From positions 1-59,242 of the forward strand of contig JBOHWK010000111.1 in the NCBI GenBank assembly GCA_050736715.1: DNA of 59,242 bases. The letters run 5' to 3'. A program made the position numbers and the translations under genes. Every line of letters begins with the position of its first letter. Position 1 is the stretch's first letter. Positions 19,139 to 29,019 of this stretch are shown piece after piece. Source of the DNA: Candidatus Binataceae bacterium (GTDB lineage: Bacteria > Desulfobacterota > Binatia > Binatales > Binataceae). The notes beneath the pieces were generated by a model, which made no database searches, was not told the origin of the DNA, and was given only the letters and a program-made list of their open reading frames with translations.

Positions 19139-21016
19139 CTAAAACCTCGGCCGTGTCACGTCCGGCTGCGGCAGCCGCTTGGTCTCGATCTGCTCGCGGG
19201 TCATTTCAGGCATGGTCGTGGGATTGTAAACCTCCGAGGCTGCCGGCAGCGGACGGACGATCTGCGGCGTCACGCTCATCACGAGTTCCGATTCGGAGTT
19301 GTTGTAGCTGGTGGTGCGGAACAATCCTCCCAAGTAGGGAATGTCGCCGAAATAGGGCACTTTATTTATCGAAGTGGTCTTCTCATGCAGGAGCAATCCC
19401 GCGATGATTAGCGTCTGGTTGTCCATCAAGCGCACCATCGTTTCCGCGCGCCGGGTGACGAAGGCCGGAATGACAAACCCGAATTCCGTGACTCCGTGAG
19501 TGAAGTCAGGCTCCGACAACTCCGGCTTGACCAATAGTTCGATGGTCTTGCTGCCGACCACCGTCGGGACGAATTCCACCGAGGTGCCGTACTGCTTGAA
19601 TACGATCGAAGTGTTCAGCGCCTGGGCGATCACGATCGGAATCTCGCCGCCGTCCAGGAACTTTGCCTCCTCGCCGGAATTGGCGAGCAGGTTGGGCTGC
19701 GCAAGAACCTTCGCCAAGTCGTGCGTTTCAAGATACTGGAAGAGTCCCTCGACTTGGACATTCGAGTTTTGCGCGGTCAAGGCGTAGGTAGGATTCTGCG
19801 AGAGGAGCAGGGGAATCAGGCCGCCGGGGTTCGGCACGACGCCTGCGGCTGGTTGCGTGTTTCCCAATGCCGCGGTCGGCGAGTACGGCGCTCCCACGTA
19901 GCCTGGAAAGCTCTCCAAACCCACACCCTGCTTGACCAAGAACGCACTCAGGTTGGTGCCCTGGGTTTCAAGCGCGCTGCGATTGAGTTCGGCCACCATC
20001 GTATTTAGCAACACCTGCTGGGTGCCGTCCGGGTCAACCCTGACCGACCGTTCCTCATATTCCCCCTGCTTGTTCCATACCGCGAGCGTCGTAAATCCGG
20101 GGGTATGGCCGATTAGATTGATTTGGTACGGATTGATGACCTCAATATCGGCGATCTTGGTATCCGCGACCGAAATGCGGCGAACGCGGGCGGCAAAATC
20201 GATGACCCGCGAGGTGCCGGTCTGCAACTCCACCACATCGGCGGGCAGGTAATGTTTTCCGCCGTTGACTGCGGGCGTGGAGTAAGCGCCGCCCGCGATC
20301 GCGATCGCCGGGTTGGTCAGGTATTTGAGCGAAGGCCGCACCACCGTCATGTTGGTGGTCATCTTGATCGGCGCAACTTGGGCAGCGACCGGCGACGCGG
20401 GCGCCGGAGCTTTGGCCACCGGCGCCACGCTTACCGGCAGTGGAAGAGCCGCCGCCGGCTGGGCCGCCGCCGCTTTCGGCGCGCTCGATTCCGGCACCGT
20501 CACCGTTCGCGCGCCGCCGAGAGTCGATTCCGATAGCACCGCCGCCTTGGGCGCCGAAGGCGCCCCGGCCGGGCCCGCCGCTTTTTCGAGTTTCGCCACC
20601 GGCGGCGTGTAAATGCCACTGGGTGTCGAGCCGCTCACCACTGCGCCATACGATGCCGGGCTGGAAATGGCGTAGGGATTGGCGACCGACTTGACGGTCA
20701 CGTCGTAGATCGCCTTGCTGCCATCGGCCATTGTCAGCTTGACTTTCCATTCACCGGACTCGGCGCCGAGCAGCGTCACCTTGCCCGGCACCTCGCCGTG
20801 GATCACCAAGGCGCCGGGATTACTGATCACTGTGACCCCGGGGGTCGCCCCAGCTTTCACACCATCGATGGTGTAAGTCTGCCCCGCACCGATCGTCAGC
20901 GACATTTTCGCCGCATTATCCTTCGCCGTCGCGGGCATCGCCCGCCAGAGAAGCAACAGGCCAAGCCCCGCCGCAACAGCCCATAACCGCCGGCCCCTTC
21001 CGCACTCAACTCTCAT
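19139..21016 (-). CDS. cpaC: Tad secretin CpaC/RcpA with a long Ala/Pro-rich N-terminal extension
   Basis: Signal peptide. Secretin core LLANSGEEAKFLDGGEIPI...FKQYGTSVEF...VPYFGDIPYLGGLFRT...LVMSVTPQIV. Confidence 0.9.
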   Translation of the reverse strand: MRVECGRGRRLWAVAAGLGLLLLWRAMPATAKDNAAKMSLTIGAGQTYTIDGVKAGATPGVTVISNPGALVIHGEVPGKVTLLGAESGEWKVKLTMADGSKAIYDVTVKSVANPYAISSPASYGAVVSGSTPSGIYTPPVAKLEKAAGPAGAPSAPKAAVLSESTLGGARTVTVPESSAPKAAAAQPAAALPLPVSVAPVAKAPAPASPVAAQVAPIKMTTNMTVVRPSLKYLTNPAIAIAGGAYSTPAVNGGKHYLPADVVELQTGTSRVIDFAARVRRISVADTKIADIEVINPYQINLIGHTPGFTTLAVWNKQGEYEERSVRVDPDGTQQVLLNTMVAELNRSALETQGTNLSAFLVKQGVGLESFPGYVGAPYSPTAALGNTQPAAGVVPNPGGLIPLLLSQNPTYALTAQNSNVQVEGLFQYLETHDLAKVLAQPNLLANSGEEAKFLDGGEIPIVIAQALNTSIVFKQYGTSVEFVPTVVGSKTIELLVKPELSEPDFTHGVTEFGFVIPAFVTRRAETMVRLMDNQTLIIAGLLLHEKTTSINKVPYFGDIPYLGGLFRTTSYNNSESELVMSVTPQIVRPLPAASEVYNPTTMPEMTREQIETKRLPQPDVTRPRF

Positions 21017-21046
21017 CGTCCTACCCTGCCTCCTCCCCCGCTTCCT

Positions 21047-22165
21047 CTACGGGACCTCGATTGTCTTGGGTGTTGGTACATATCGGGCAGCGGCCGCGAT
21101 CGAGCCGCCTTTCGGTCTCATCGCGTCACCGGCCAGCATCGCGGCGCCATCGGAATGCCGCTCCGCATCAAGCGCCGGCTTTGGCTCGATCGCATCGGCA
21201 ACCGCCTCGGGCCGCCCCAAACCGCCGCTGAGTTTCCCCTGCTGTTGGCGACGATCCGTCTTTTCCGGATGCGAAGCGCCCTTGGGAGCTTGGTTGATGA
21301 ACGAGACCGACTCGGACGGCTTGCCGTTGCGCAAAATATCGATGGTTACCGCCCGCGGCGCCGCGGCTGGCGCGGCGGCTGGAGCCGGGGCCTGAGCGAT
21401 CGGCTCGGGCATCGGCGGCATCGCGGGTTCGTCGGGTTGGAGGCTGTAAGAATGGAGCAATTGGTCCAAGTCCGCGCCGCTGGTAAGCACGATTCTATTA
21501 TCGTTGTAATTGCGCATCGCCAGCCGCAAAGTTCCTTCATGGCTGGCGAGTTCGAGTTCCTCCGCTTCATGCGGCGATACGAGCAAGGTGACGGTCTTTA
21601 CCACCGTCGGCAAGTCTTTCTTCCTCTCGATCTCTTGCGCGACCGCGAGAACTTCAACGTCCTGCAGGACGATCTTGGATATCGGCTTGGACTGCGACCC
21701 ATTGCCGGAGAGTGAAACCAAGATATCCACCCGCGTATGCGGCAAGACAAATCCGGCGATGTCGCTGACTTCGTCCACGGGCACCGAGACCGCCCGCATC
21801 CCGAACGGAATCAAGAGCGGCATCACTCCGGACGCCGCGTGCCCGATAAACAGTTTCGGCGCAACGATTGGTTCGTTCGCCACAAAGGAGTTCCGCACAT
21901 AACTCCCAAGCACCTGCTTAGCATCGGTGAAAGCGCCCTCCGGCACGCTGTCTTTGGGCCAGTTGGACATCTTCACTTCGCTCGGCTCGATCTGCGTGCC
22001 CAGTGGCAGGTCGCTGCTTGCCACCACGATTTGGGTGTTCTGGGTCTTCAATTTGTTGTTTAATAGATCTTGCTTCTTGAGCGCCGAATACACCAGCACC
22101 GCCGCCACCATCGCCCCCAGCCCTGCAAGCAGAACCAAAACAATCGGCCGTCTCATATTTCCCAT
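21047..22165 (-). CDS. cpaB: Flp pilus assembly protein CpaB/RcpC with an Ala/Pro-rich C-terminal tail
   Basis: N-terminal TM, SAF-like IVVASSDLPLGTQIEPSEVKM, RcpC domain, then ~130 aa of low complexity. Confidence 0.85.
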   Translation of the reverse strand: MGNMRRPIVLVLLAGLGAMVAAVLVYSALKKQDLLNNKLKTQNTQIVVASSDLPLGTQIEPSEVKMSNWPKDSVPEGAFTDAKQVLGSYVRNSFVANEPIVAPKLFIGHAASGVMPLLIPFGMRAVSVPVDEVSDIAGFVLPHTRVDILVSLSGNGSQSKPISKIVLQDVEVLAVAQEIERKKDLPTVVKTVTLLVSPHEAEELELASHEGTLRLAMRNYNDNRIVLTSGADLDQLLHSYSLQPDEPAMPPMPEPIAQAPAPAAAPAAAPRAVTIDILRNGKPSESVSFINQAPKGASHPEKTDRRQQQGKLSGGLGRPEAVADAIEPKPALDAERHSDGAAMLAGDAMRPKGGSIAAAARYVPTPKTIEVP

Positions 22166-22425
22166 CCTCCACTCCGGCTGTCTCCCCGCCGGCCAGCACG
22201 TTCAAAAATAAAGCGCGCTTTGCTGTTCATGCTGTCATGCATTACTCGCCGACGATTAGACTAGCTGGAAGTTCAACCGGAAAAAAGCCCACCCGCGGCA
22301 AGAAACTTCAACCCCCGCCACCCCCGCACGGCAACCCGCTACCGCCTCCCAGCCGACTCCGCAGGCGGAGAGCGAAGTAACTTTGGCGAAATTTTTGCGT
22401 ATCCGCAGGTGTTCCTTAGTCGCGC

Positions 22426-22608
22426 TTACAGACCAATATCTTGGGCAACTTGCTGCACCACACCTTGAGCGATGCCTATCGATGACAGCTCTTGGTAAAC
22501 ACCGAAGACCAAAACCGCGATGGCGGCTACAATGATCGCATACTCGGCCATTGTCTGCCCTTTGCGGGCACGCATCACCCAATCGAATGCTCTTTTCAGC
22601 AGCTTCAT
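22426..22608 (-). CDS. flp: Flp-family prepilin (60 aa)
   Basis: MKLLKRAFDWVMRARKG/QTMAEYAIIVAAIAVLV: Flp G/xxxxEY processing motif plus a hydrophobic helix. GGGGAGGGGAAG SD region upstream. Confidence 0.9.
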   Translation of the reverse strand: MKLLKRAFDWVMRARKGQTMAEYAIIVAAIAVLVFGVYQELSSIGIAQGVVQQVAQDIGL

Positions 22609-22953
22609 CGGCTTCCCCTCCCCAGGATCTCGCCCGCCTGGTGTTGGAGTCATTCCCTCTTGGCAAGAGCTACATCGAGCCTTCACCAACAAGCATTGTC
22701 TCCAATCAACCGTCAAATCCGCTGCGATAATTAAAAGCGCGTCGATGATGCCGGGTAATCTTCAGGCCGCTCTCACTCTCCGCCCTTCGGCTCACCACCG
22801 CCGTCATCCGGCGATGGCCTAGCATTCGCCCGCCAACCGGCCAAACGCACCACCCTCCGCTGTCTTGCCCTGCCTCCTTCCTCGAAAGGATTTGGGACGG
22901 GGACGGATTAAACCACCCGTCCCCGTCCGCGTATTGCTCTGGTTCGCCTGGGG

Positions 22954-23124
22954 CTAGAGGTCGCCGTCGATACTCACCAGCAGGGCACTGATGTCGGTGC
23001 CCATCGTCTGATAGCCGACGAACACGATGATCGCGACGGCCGCGAGAATCAACGCGTACTCCGTCATCGTCTGGCCCCGATGATACTCCATCGCCTTCAC
23101 GTACATTTTCCTGATCTTGTCCAT
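22954..23124 (-). CDS. flp: Flp-family prepilin (56 aa), second copy
   Basis: MDKIRKMYVKAMEYHRG/QTMTEYALILAAVAIIV. GGGAGGA SD upstream. Hairpin GGGACGGGGACGG...CCGTCCCCGTCC (about 22898-22932) downstream. Confidence 0.9.
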   Translation of the reverse strand: MDKIRKMYVKAMEYHRGQTMTEYALILAAVAIIVFVGYQTMGTDISALLVSIDGDL

Positions 23125-23561
23125 TTCCGTATCCTCCCTAACCGTGTCGTTTATTGGCCACCATTGGCCATTGTCCCCAAATCTTTCAACCAAGCTTACC
23201 GAAGACAAACCATCGATCCAACTTCCAGCTTGGCGCCTCGAAGGGCTGCGAAGCGAGTTATTGCTTCAGCATCACTCGTGCCAATACACCGCGCCAACGA
23301 AACCCGCGATCTTTTTCCTTCTCTTCCCGCATTGTCAGGCTGCCCTGCAACTCTTGGTTGCGAGCCCGCAACAAAATTGACCCACCGCATTAGCTCCTCG
23401 AAACTACGCATCTGCTGGGATTTATAACAAAAAGTGACGCACAAGGGAAGAGCCATCGCATCGTCAAGCAACGATCAACCGCCGCCAAGTTCTCGTTAAG
23501 GCATCGAAGCTGATAAGCAGCGGGCATTAAAAGCTGTTTTAAGGCATAAGAACGGGTAGAT

Positions 23562-23963
23562 TTATTTGCGGCTTGCCAACCCAAGGCTATTGGCCGGCTC
23601 GACGATAATTCGGTCGCCATCCTGCGTCGCAGCTCGTTCCGCCGCCCCGGCCGCCAGTTCCAATGCGCGCCGCGCTCTGAACACCGCCGAAGAAAGCCGC
23701 CACGGCTTCAGGTTCCGATCGATCTTCAGAACTTTCCCCTCCCGATCGAGGAACACAAGGTCGATCGCGAACTTCATGAAGAACATATGCATCCACATAA
23801 CCGGTACTGGCCCGCCATTCTCGAACAACATCCCTGCGTCCGGGTCGAGGCCCTCGCGGCCAAGCAAGCCGCGGCTCTGCCCCGCAAGCCCGCCTGCATT
23901 CTCAAGCCTTTCACAAAGAACCGTGCCCCGTGTGAGGTTAGTTGCCCGCAAGATTCCGGCCAT
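23562..23963 (-). CDS. DUF192 domain protein
   Basis: GLLGREGLDPDAGMLF...VMWMHMFFMKFAIDLVFLDREGKV...ALELAAG fits the DUF192 (COG1430) pattern. Confidence 0.7.
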   Translation of the reverse strand: MAGILRATNLTRGTVLCERLENAGGLAGQSRGLLGREGLDPDAGMLFENGGPVPVMWMHMFFMKFAIDLVFLDREGKVLKIDRNLKPWRLSSAVFRARRALELAAGAAERAATQDGDRIIVEPANSLGLASRK

Positions 23964-24106
23964 CGTAGCCTCCCAAGCCCCTCAAGCGATTTGCAGCGCC
24001 ATCGTCGCAGATGCTCCAAACTCACCGCCCGGGCAAGCAATCGCCGGGCACTCGCCACCGTTCGTTCACATGCGGTTCGCGATCAATCCATTCGCAAACT
24101 TGCGGA

Positions 24107-25053
24107 TTACGCGGCTGATACAATCCCGCTTTCCGTCGGCAAATCATCGTGCCGGCGACGCATTGCTCTCCGTGTGACCAAGATGCTGGCCGCCACCACG
24201 ATCGCGCCTCCAATCATATCGGCAAGATAATGATCACCTGCAAAGGGGATTGCCAGCAGCATCGTGAGATTGAGGACGAAAAGCGGGATAAACATGCGGC
24301 ATGGCGGCCGGCTGCTGTAGACGAATAAAATGGCAAGTGCGGTGTGGAACGATGGAAACGTCACGATTCCCTGTAAGTTGCTGATTGTAAAAACCCTTTG
24401 CCACCACGGATGCTCAGCAAGGCCCGCTCGAAACTCTTGAGCTTGACATGCGGACCAATCGCTGGCAGGAGCCCGGAGATGAGCACCGTCGCAGTCGCCG
24501 TGAGCATCGCGATCCAATACATTTCGCGATTGCGATCCTTTCGACCGGTATGCGCAAAATACAGGACCAGCACAAACGACTGCATAAAGATGCTGTTGTA
24601 AGCGAATATGAGGCTATACTCGAACCAAGCGTGCGCCCGGATGAAAGTGTGCCATTCGATCCAATTGAAATGCAACGCCGCATCAATCTGCGCAAGCAAC
24701 GTGTCGTGCAACGGGAAATCCCACGCCGCCACAATATAGCAAAGAACCACCCACGCCGGACCGAATACCATCCAAAGCGCGCAATATTGACCCAATTCTT
24801 CGAAACGTTCGACCCGGCGCCAGCGACCGTAATATTTCACGCCTATCAAGGCGCTCAAGACGAGGGCAGGTGTTTCCCATCGCTTGAAGACCAATCCCGC
24901 ATGGTTCGCGAGAATCCCATCGAGAGCTAGGAGCAGAAACATCGCGGTCCACTCCCACGGCCAAATTGCCGCGGAGGGCACTGCGGCGACTCGCGCCGCG
25001 CCGGCATCGAGGGCGCTGCTCGTGACTGTTGCGGATTCTCCGTCGGGGCGCAT
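24107..25053 (-). pseudogene. PAP2-superfamily (PAP2_3-like) membrane phosphatase/transferase, split by a frameshift
   Basis: The N-terminal ORF (25053-24361) and C-terminal ORF (24517-24107, with FPSFHTA and GDHYLADMIGG PAP2 motifs) overlap out of frame. One extra base in the A5 run at 24389-24393 would fuse ...IRGGKGF to FTISNLQGIVTFPSFHT. Confidence 0.7.
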
Positions 25054-25136
25054 TCTCTCAGATTAGCAGAATAAGCTATGGGTGCCCATTGGCACTGTCG
25101 CCCTGTAGCGTCATGTAATAAAATTCAACGAGATTA

Positions 25137-25838
25137 ATGGGCTATCTTCCGATATTCCTCAATGCCGCCGGCCTCAAGTGCATGGTCGTAGGCGGCGGAC
25201 AATCCGCCGAGCATAAGACCGAAGCACTCCTGCTTGCCAAGGCGGCGGTGATCGTTGTAAGTCCCCGCCTGACGCCCGCGCTGGCCGCGATGGCATCGCG
25301 CGGTGAAATTACGCATCTAAACCGCGAGTACCGGCGCGGCGATATGAAAGGATGCGCCCTGGTCTATGCCGCAACCGGTGACGATGCCGTCCATCGCGCG
25401 ATCGCGGCGGAAGCCCGCGAACTCGGAATCCCGCTCAACGTGGCCGACGATCCGGAGCTTTGCTCGTTCATCGCTCCCGCGGTCGTCCGGCAGGGTGCGC
25501 TTCAGATCGCGATTTCCACGGGAGGCGCGTCACCAGCGTTCGCCAGCCGCGTCCGCCGCGAACTCGAGCCGCAATTTGGACCGGAGTTGGGACCGATGCT
25601 GGACATATTGCGCGCCGCACGCGGCCGGCTCCGCGCGCTGATTGCCGATTCCTCGGAGCGCGCGCGCCGATTGACGGCCCTTGCCAATTCCGATCTGCCG
25701 GTCGCGCTGCGCGCGGGAGATTCCACTGTTGTTGAACGATTACTTCACGAGCACTTGGGCGATGGATTCGGTCTCGGAGAACTCGGAATCGGACCGAGCC
25801 TGATTGGCCCGGCGCATCGGCATCGCGTGCCGGACTAA
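25137..25838 (+). CDS. Precorrin-2 dehydrogenase / sirohydrochlorin ferrochelatase (SirC/Met8/CysG-N type)
   Basis: MGYLPIFLNAAGLKCMVVGGGQSAEHK Rossmann start; typical ~230 aa size. Confidence 0.8.
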   Translation: MGYLPIFLNAAGLKCMVVGGGQSAEHKTEALLLAKAAVIVVSPRLTPALAAMASRGEITHLNREYRRGDMKGCALVYAATGDDAVHRAIAAEARELGIPLNVADDPELCSFIAPAVVRQGALQIAISTGGASPAFASRVRRELEPQFGPELGPMLDILRAARGRLRALIADSSERARRLTALANSDLPVALRAGDSTVVERLLHEHLGDGFGLGELGIGPSLIGPAHRHRVPD

Positions 25839-25847
25839 GCGATCGCA

Positions 25848-26675
25848 ATGGAAACCATCTGGATCGTTCCGGCGCTCGTCTGCTATGCCCTGTCCGCCGT
25901 CCTGTTCGTGGGCGAACGGATCGCGGGCCGCGCGCTCACCGCTCATTATGCGGCCGCGCTTCTGGGCGCCGGCGCGATATGCCACGCGCTCGATCTTTTG
26001 GTTCGCGGCGTGCAAGCCGGCAATATCCCCGTCGCGAACCTCGCGCAGGCGCTCTCGTTTCTCGCTTGGCTGACCGCGCTCGCGGGACTAATCCTGATTG
26101 TGCGCCTGCGGATGGCCGTGGTGGGCGCGTTTGTCGCGCCGGCCGCCGCGATTGCGCTCGGCGTCGCCGCCCTGACGATGAGTTCGAAGCGCGTCGTGCT
26201 GCCCGAGGCGCTGCGGAGCGTGTGGCTGCCGATTCATGTGACGCTCGCGATCCTGGGCTACGCGATGTTCGTGCTGGCCGCCGGCGTCAGCGCGGTTTAT
26301 CTCGCGTATGAATCGCGGCTAAAATCGAAGCGCCCGCGCACCCCCGGCGAAGAATCCGTTCCGAGCCTCGAAAAGCTCGACCGAATCAACTATCGCTTGG
26401 TGGGATGGGGCTTCCTGATGCTGAGCCTCGCGATCGTGACCGGCGCGATTTGGGCCGATGCGACGTGGGGCCATTTTTGGTCATGGGAACCGATAGAATC
26501 GTGGTCGCTTGCAATCTGGGTGCTGTACGCGGGCCTGCTCGAATCGCGCCTTACAATAGGATGGCGCGGGCGGCGCGCCGCCGCGCTCACGATCGCGCTG
26601 TTCACGGTCTTGGTTGGATCGTTCGTTGGGGTTAGTTTAATCTTTCCGGGCAAGCACGGCGGCAGTTTCGGGTAG
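25848..26675 (+). CDS. Cytochrome c assembly family membrane protein (CcsA/HemX-like)
   Basis: Eight TM-like segments and Trp-rich motif WGHFWSWEPIESWSLAIW. Located just upstream of hemA, as Bacillus hemX is. Confidence 0.8.
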   Translation: METIWIVPALVCYALSAVLFVGERIAGRALTAHYAAALLGAGAICHALDLLVRGVQAGNIPVANLAQALSFLAWLTALAGLILIVRLRMAVVGAFVAPAAAIALGVAALTMSSKRVVLPEALRSVWLPIHVTLAILGYAMFVLAAGVSAVYLAYESRLKSKRPRTPGEESVPSLEKLDRINYRLVGWGFLMLSLAIVTGAIWADATWGHFWSWEPIESWSLAIWVLYAGLLESRLTIGWRGRRAAALTIALFTVLVGSFVGVSLIFPGKHGGSFG

Positions 26676-26691
26676 GACGAATCAGGACCGG

Positions 26692-28050
26692 ATGGACCAG
26701 ACGTTATTTATCGTTGGCGTGAATCATCGCACCGCTCCGGTGGGCGTGCGGGAGCGCCTTGCCTTCGCCGAAGACGAGGCCGTCCCGGCGCTCCGCCGCC
26801 TGCGCGCGGCGGCGCCCGCGGTGGCCGAGGCCGCGCTCGTCTCGACCTGCAATCGGGTGGAAATTGCGGGCGTATCCGCCGATCCTGAACGCGCCGCGAA
26901 TCAGGCGCTCGAATTTATCGCCGCCGATCGCGGTGTCGAGGCCGGCGTCTTCGCCGATGCCGTCTATCGTTTCGCCGGGCGCGATGCCGCCCGCCATCTG
27001 TTCCGCGTCGGCGCGAGTCTCGACTCGATGGTGGTCGGCGAGCCGCAGATTTTGGGTCAACTCAAGCTCGCATATGCGCAGGCTGCGGAGGCCGGCGCCG
27101 TCGGCCTGATCCTACATCGCGCGTTTCACAAGGCGTTTTCGGTCGCCAAGCGGGTCCGGCAAGGCACCCTAATCGGCCACGGTTCGGTATCGGTCAGTTC
27201 GGCCGCCGCCGGCCTGGCCGGGCAAATCTTCGACACGCTCACCGGCAAGACGGTAATGCTCATGGGCGCGGGCCAGATGGCCGAGTTGGCGGCGCGACAG
27301 TTCAAGGCGCTCGGCATCCAATCGCTGCTTATCGCCTCCCGCACCTTCGATCGCGCGGTCGCGCTCGCGCGCGAAATGGACGGGACGGCGGTGCCATTCC
27401 ACGACTACAAACCGTACTTGAAAATGGTGGACATCCTGATCGGCTCGGTCGCCGCCGCCAAGCCGGTGCTCACCCCCGCCGAATTAGAACCGATCCTGCG
27501 CGAGCGGCGCTACCGCCCGATGTTCCTGATCGACTTGGGCGTGCCGCGCAACTTCGACGAACGCCTGAACGCGATGCCAAACGTCTATCTCTACGACCTC
27601 GACGATCTCGGCGCCGCCGTCGAACGTTCGCGCGGCGGCCGCGAGCGCGAGGCCGAGAAGGCGGAGCAAATCGTCGAGGCGGAACTCGATTCCTTCCTCA
27701 AATGGCTCGCCGGCCTCGACTTGACCCCCACCATCAAGGACATCCGCTACAGCATCGATCGGCTGCGCGACGCGGAACTCGGACGCAATCGCGCCTGGCT
27801 CTCCGGCCTCGGCCCGGACGAACGCGTCCGGGTCGAGATGCTGGCGCGCGGACTGACCAACAAGCTGCTCCATCGGATTCTTATCGGGCTGCGCAATCAC
27901 GATCCCGCCAATTCCGATTCGGTCTATGCGGCTGAAATCGCCCGCCGCCTGCTGATCGGCGAGTTCGGCGCCGGTCCCGCCGAAGCCGATGAAATCGCCG
28001 ACGACGGCGATGGACTCGGCTTCGATGACGACGGCGGCGGCGACGAGTAA
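26692..28050 (+). CDS. hemA: Glutamyl-tRNA reductase
   Basis: VSTCNRVEI active-site motif, NADPH domain VMLMGAGQMAE, acidic C-tail. Confidence 0.95.
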   Translation: MDQTLFIVGVNHRTAPVGVRERLAFAEDEAVPALRRLRAAAPAVAEAALVSTCNRVEIAGVSADPERAANQALEFIAADRGVEAGVFADAVYRFAGRDAARHLFRVGASLDSMVVGEPQILGQLKLAYAQAAEAGAVGLILHRAFHKAFSVAKRVRQGTLIGHGSVSVSSAAAGLAGQIFDTLTGKTVMLMGAGQMAELAARQFKALGIQSLLIASRTFDRAVALAREMDGTAVPFHDYKPYLKMVDILIGSVAAAKPVLTPAELEPILRERRYRPMFLIDLGVPRNFDERLNAMPNVYLYDLDDLGAAVERSRGGREREAEKAEQIVEAELDSFLKWLAGLDLTPTIKDIRYSIDRLRDAELGRNRAWLSGLGPDERVRVEMLARGLTNKLLHRILIGLRNHDPANSDSVYAAEIARRLLIGEFGAGPAEADEIADDGDGLGFDDDGGGDE

Positions 28051-28065
28051 TCGGCGGAGCCGCCG

Positions 28066-29019
28066 ATGGCATCCGCGGTAAAACTCGGCGCGCGCCCCAG
28101 TGCGCTGGCGCTCGCGCAGGCGGAGATTGTGCGCTCGCTACTTGGCGCCGCTGCACCCGGACTTGCGATTGAGATTGTCCCAATCCGCACCTCGGGAGAT
28201 CGGATGACTCGCGCTTCGCTCGCGCAGGTGGGTGGCAAGGGCCTCTTTATAAAGGAGTTGGAGAACGCGCTCGCGGAGCGGCGAATCGATATCGCCGTCC
28301 ATTCGATGAAGGACCTGCCCGCGGCGCTGGCGCGAAATTTCCGAATCGCCGCCGTGCCCGTGCGTGAGAACACTGCCGACGTGCTCGTGACGCGCGACGG
28401 CGCGCGGCTCACCGATCTGCCAAGCGGGGCAAGGGTGGGAACGTCGTCGCCGCGCCGCCGGTTTCAGGCGCTGCGGATCAATCCCGGCCTCGCGATCGAA
28501 CCGCTTCGCGGCAACGTTGACACGCGCATAAAGCGCGTCGAGGCCGGGGAACTCGGCGCGGTAATCCTCGCAATCGCCGGGCTTAAGCGGCTGAATCTGG
28601 CCGAGCGCGTGAAATTCGAGGAACTAAATGCGGTCGATTTTATCCCCGCCGGCGGTCAGGCTGCCCTTGCGATCGAGGCGCTCGCGGGACGCCGCGCGCG
28701 CGGATCGGCCGAGTTGGAGCGGGCGCTTGCGGCAATCAACGATCCGCGCGCCTTTTATGAAATCGCGGCCGAACGCGGATTCCTCGCCGTGATCGGCGCC
28801 TCCTGCACGACGCCGATCGGCGTCCGCGCAACGGTTGGCGATCGCGCGCTTTCGATTCGCGCGATCCTGTTCAGTCTCGACGGCGCGCGGGAAATCGCCG
28901 AGTCCGCCGGCGAACCGCTCGACCCGGACCTCGCGCCCTCATCCGCTGAACGCGCCGGGGCGGCATTGGCCGAAAAAATGCTCGCGCGCGGCGCCGCGGA
29001 ATTGCTCTCCAATGGCTAA
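28066..29019 (+). CDS. hemC: Hydroxymethylbilane synthase (porphobilinogen deaminase)
   Basis: KLGARPSALALAQA...IRTSGD...GGKGLFIKELE...DIAVHSMKD...RGNVDTR. Confidence 0.95.
   Translation: MASAVKLGARPSALALAQAEIVRSLLGAAAPGLAIEIVPIRTSGDRMTRASLAQVGGKGLFIKELENALAERRIDIAVHSMKDLPAALARNFRIAAVPVRENTADVLVTRDGARLTDLPSGARVGTSSPRRRFQALRINPGLAIEPLRGNVDTRIKRVEAGELGAVILAIAGLKRLNLAERVKFEELNAVDFIPAGGQAALAIEALAGRRARGSAELERALAAINDPRAFYEIAAERGFLAVIGASCTTPIGVRATVGDRALSIRAILFSLDGAREIAESAGEPLDPDLAPSSAERAGAALAEKMLARGAAELLSNG

Noticed and set aside
28835-29011. N-terminal extensions offered by the ORF track for cobA-hemD (28835), the aminotransferase (9071), the CorC genes (2157, 3308), gltA (35186), skp (53893), the methyltransferase (36907), the aldolase (42205) and the flp genes (22716, 23208).
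   Set aside because: The extensions overlap the upstream genes, are Arg/Pro-rich and lack family similarity. Internal starts give canonical N-termini, proper SD sequences or 4-8 bp coupling overlaps.
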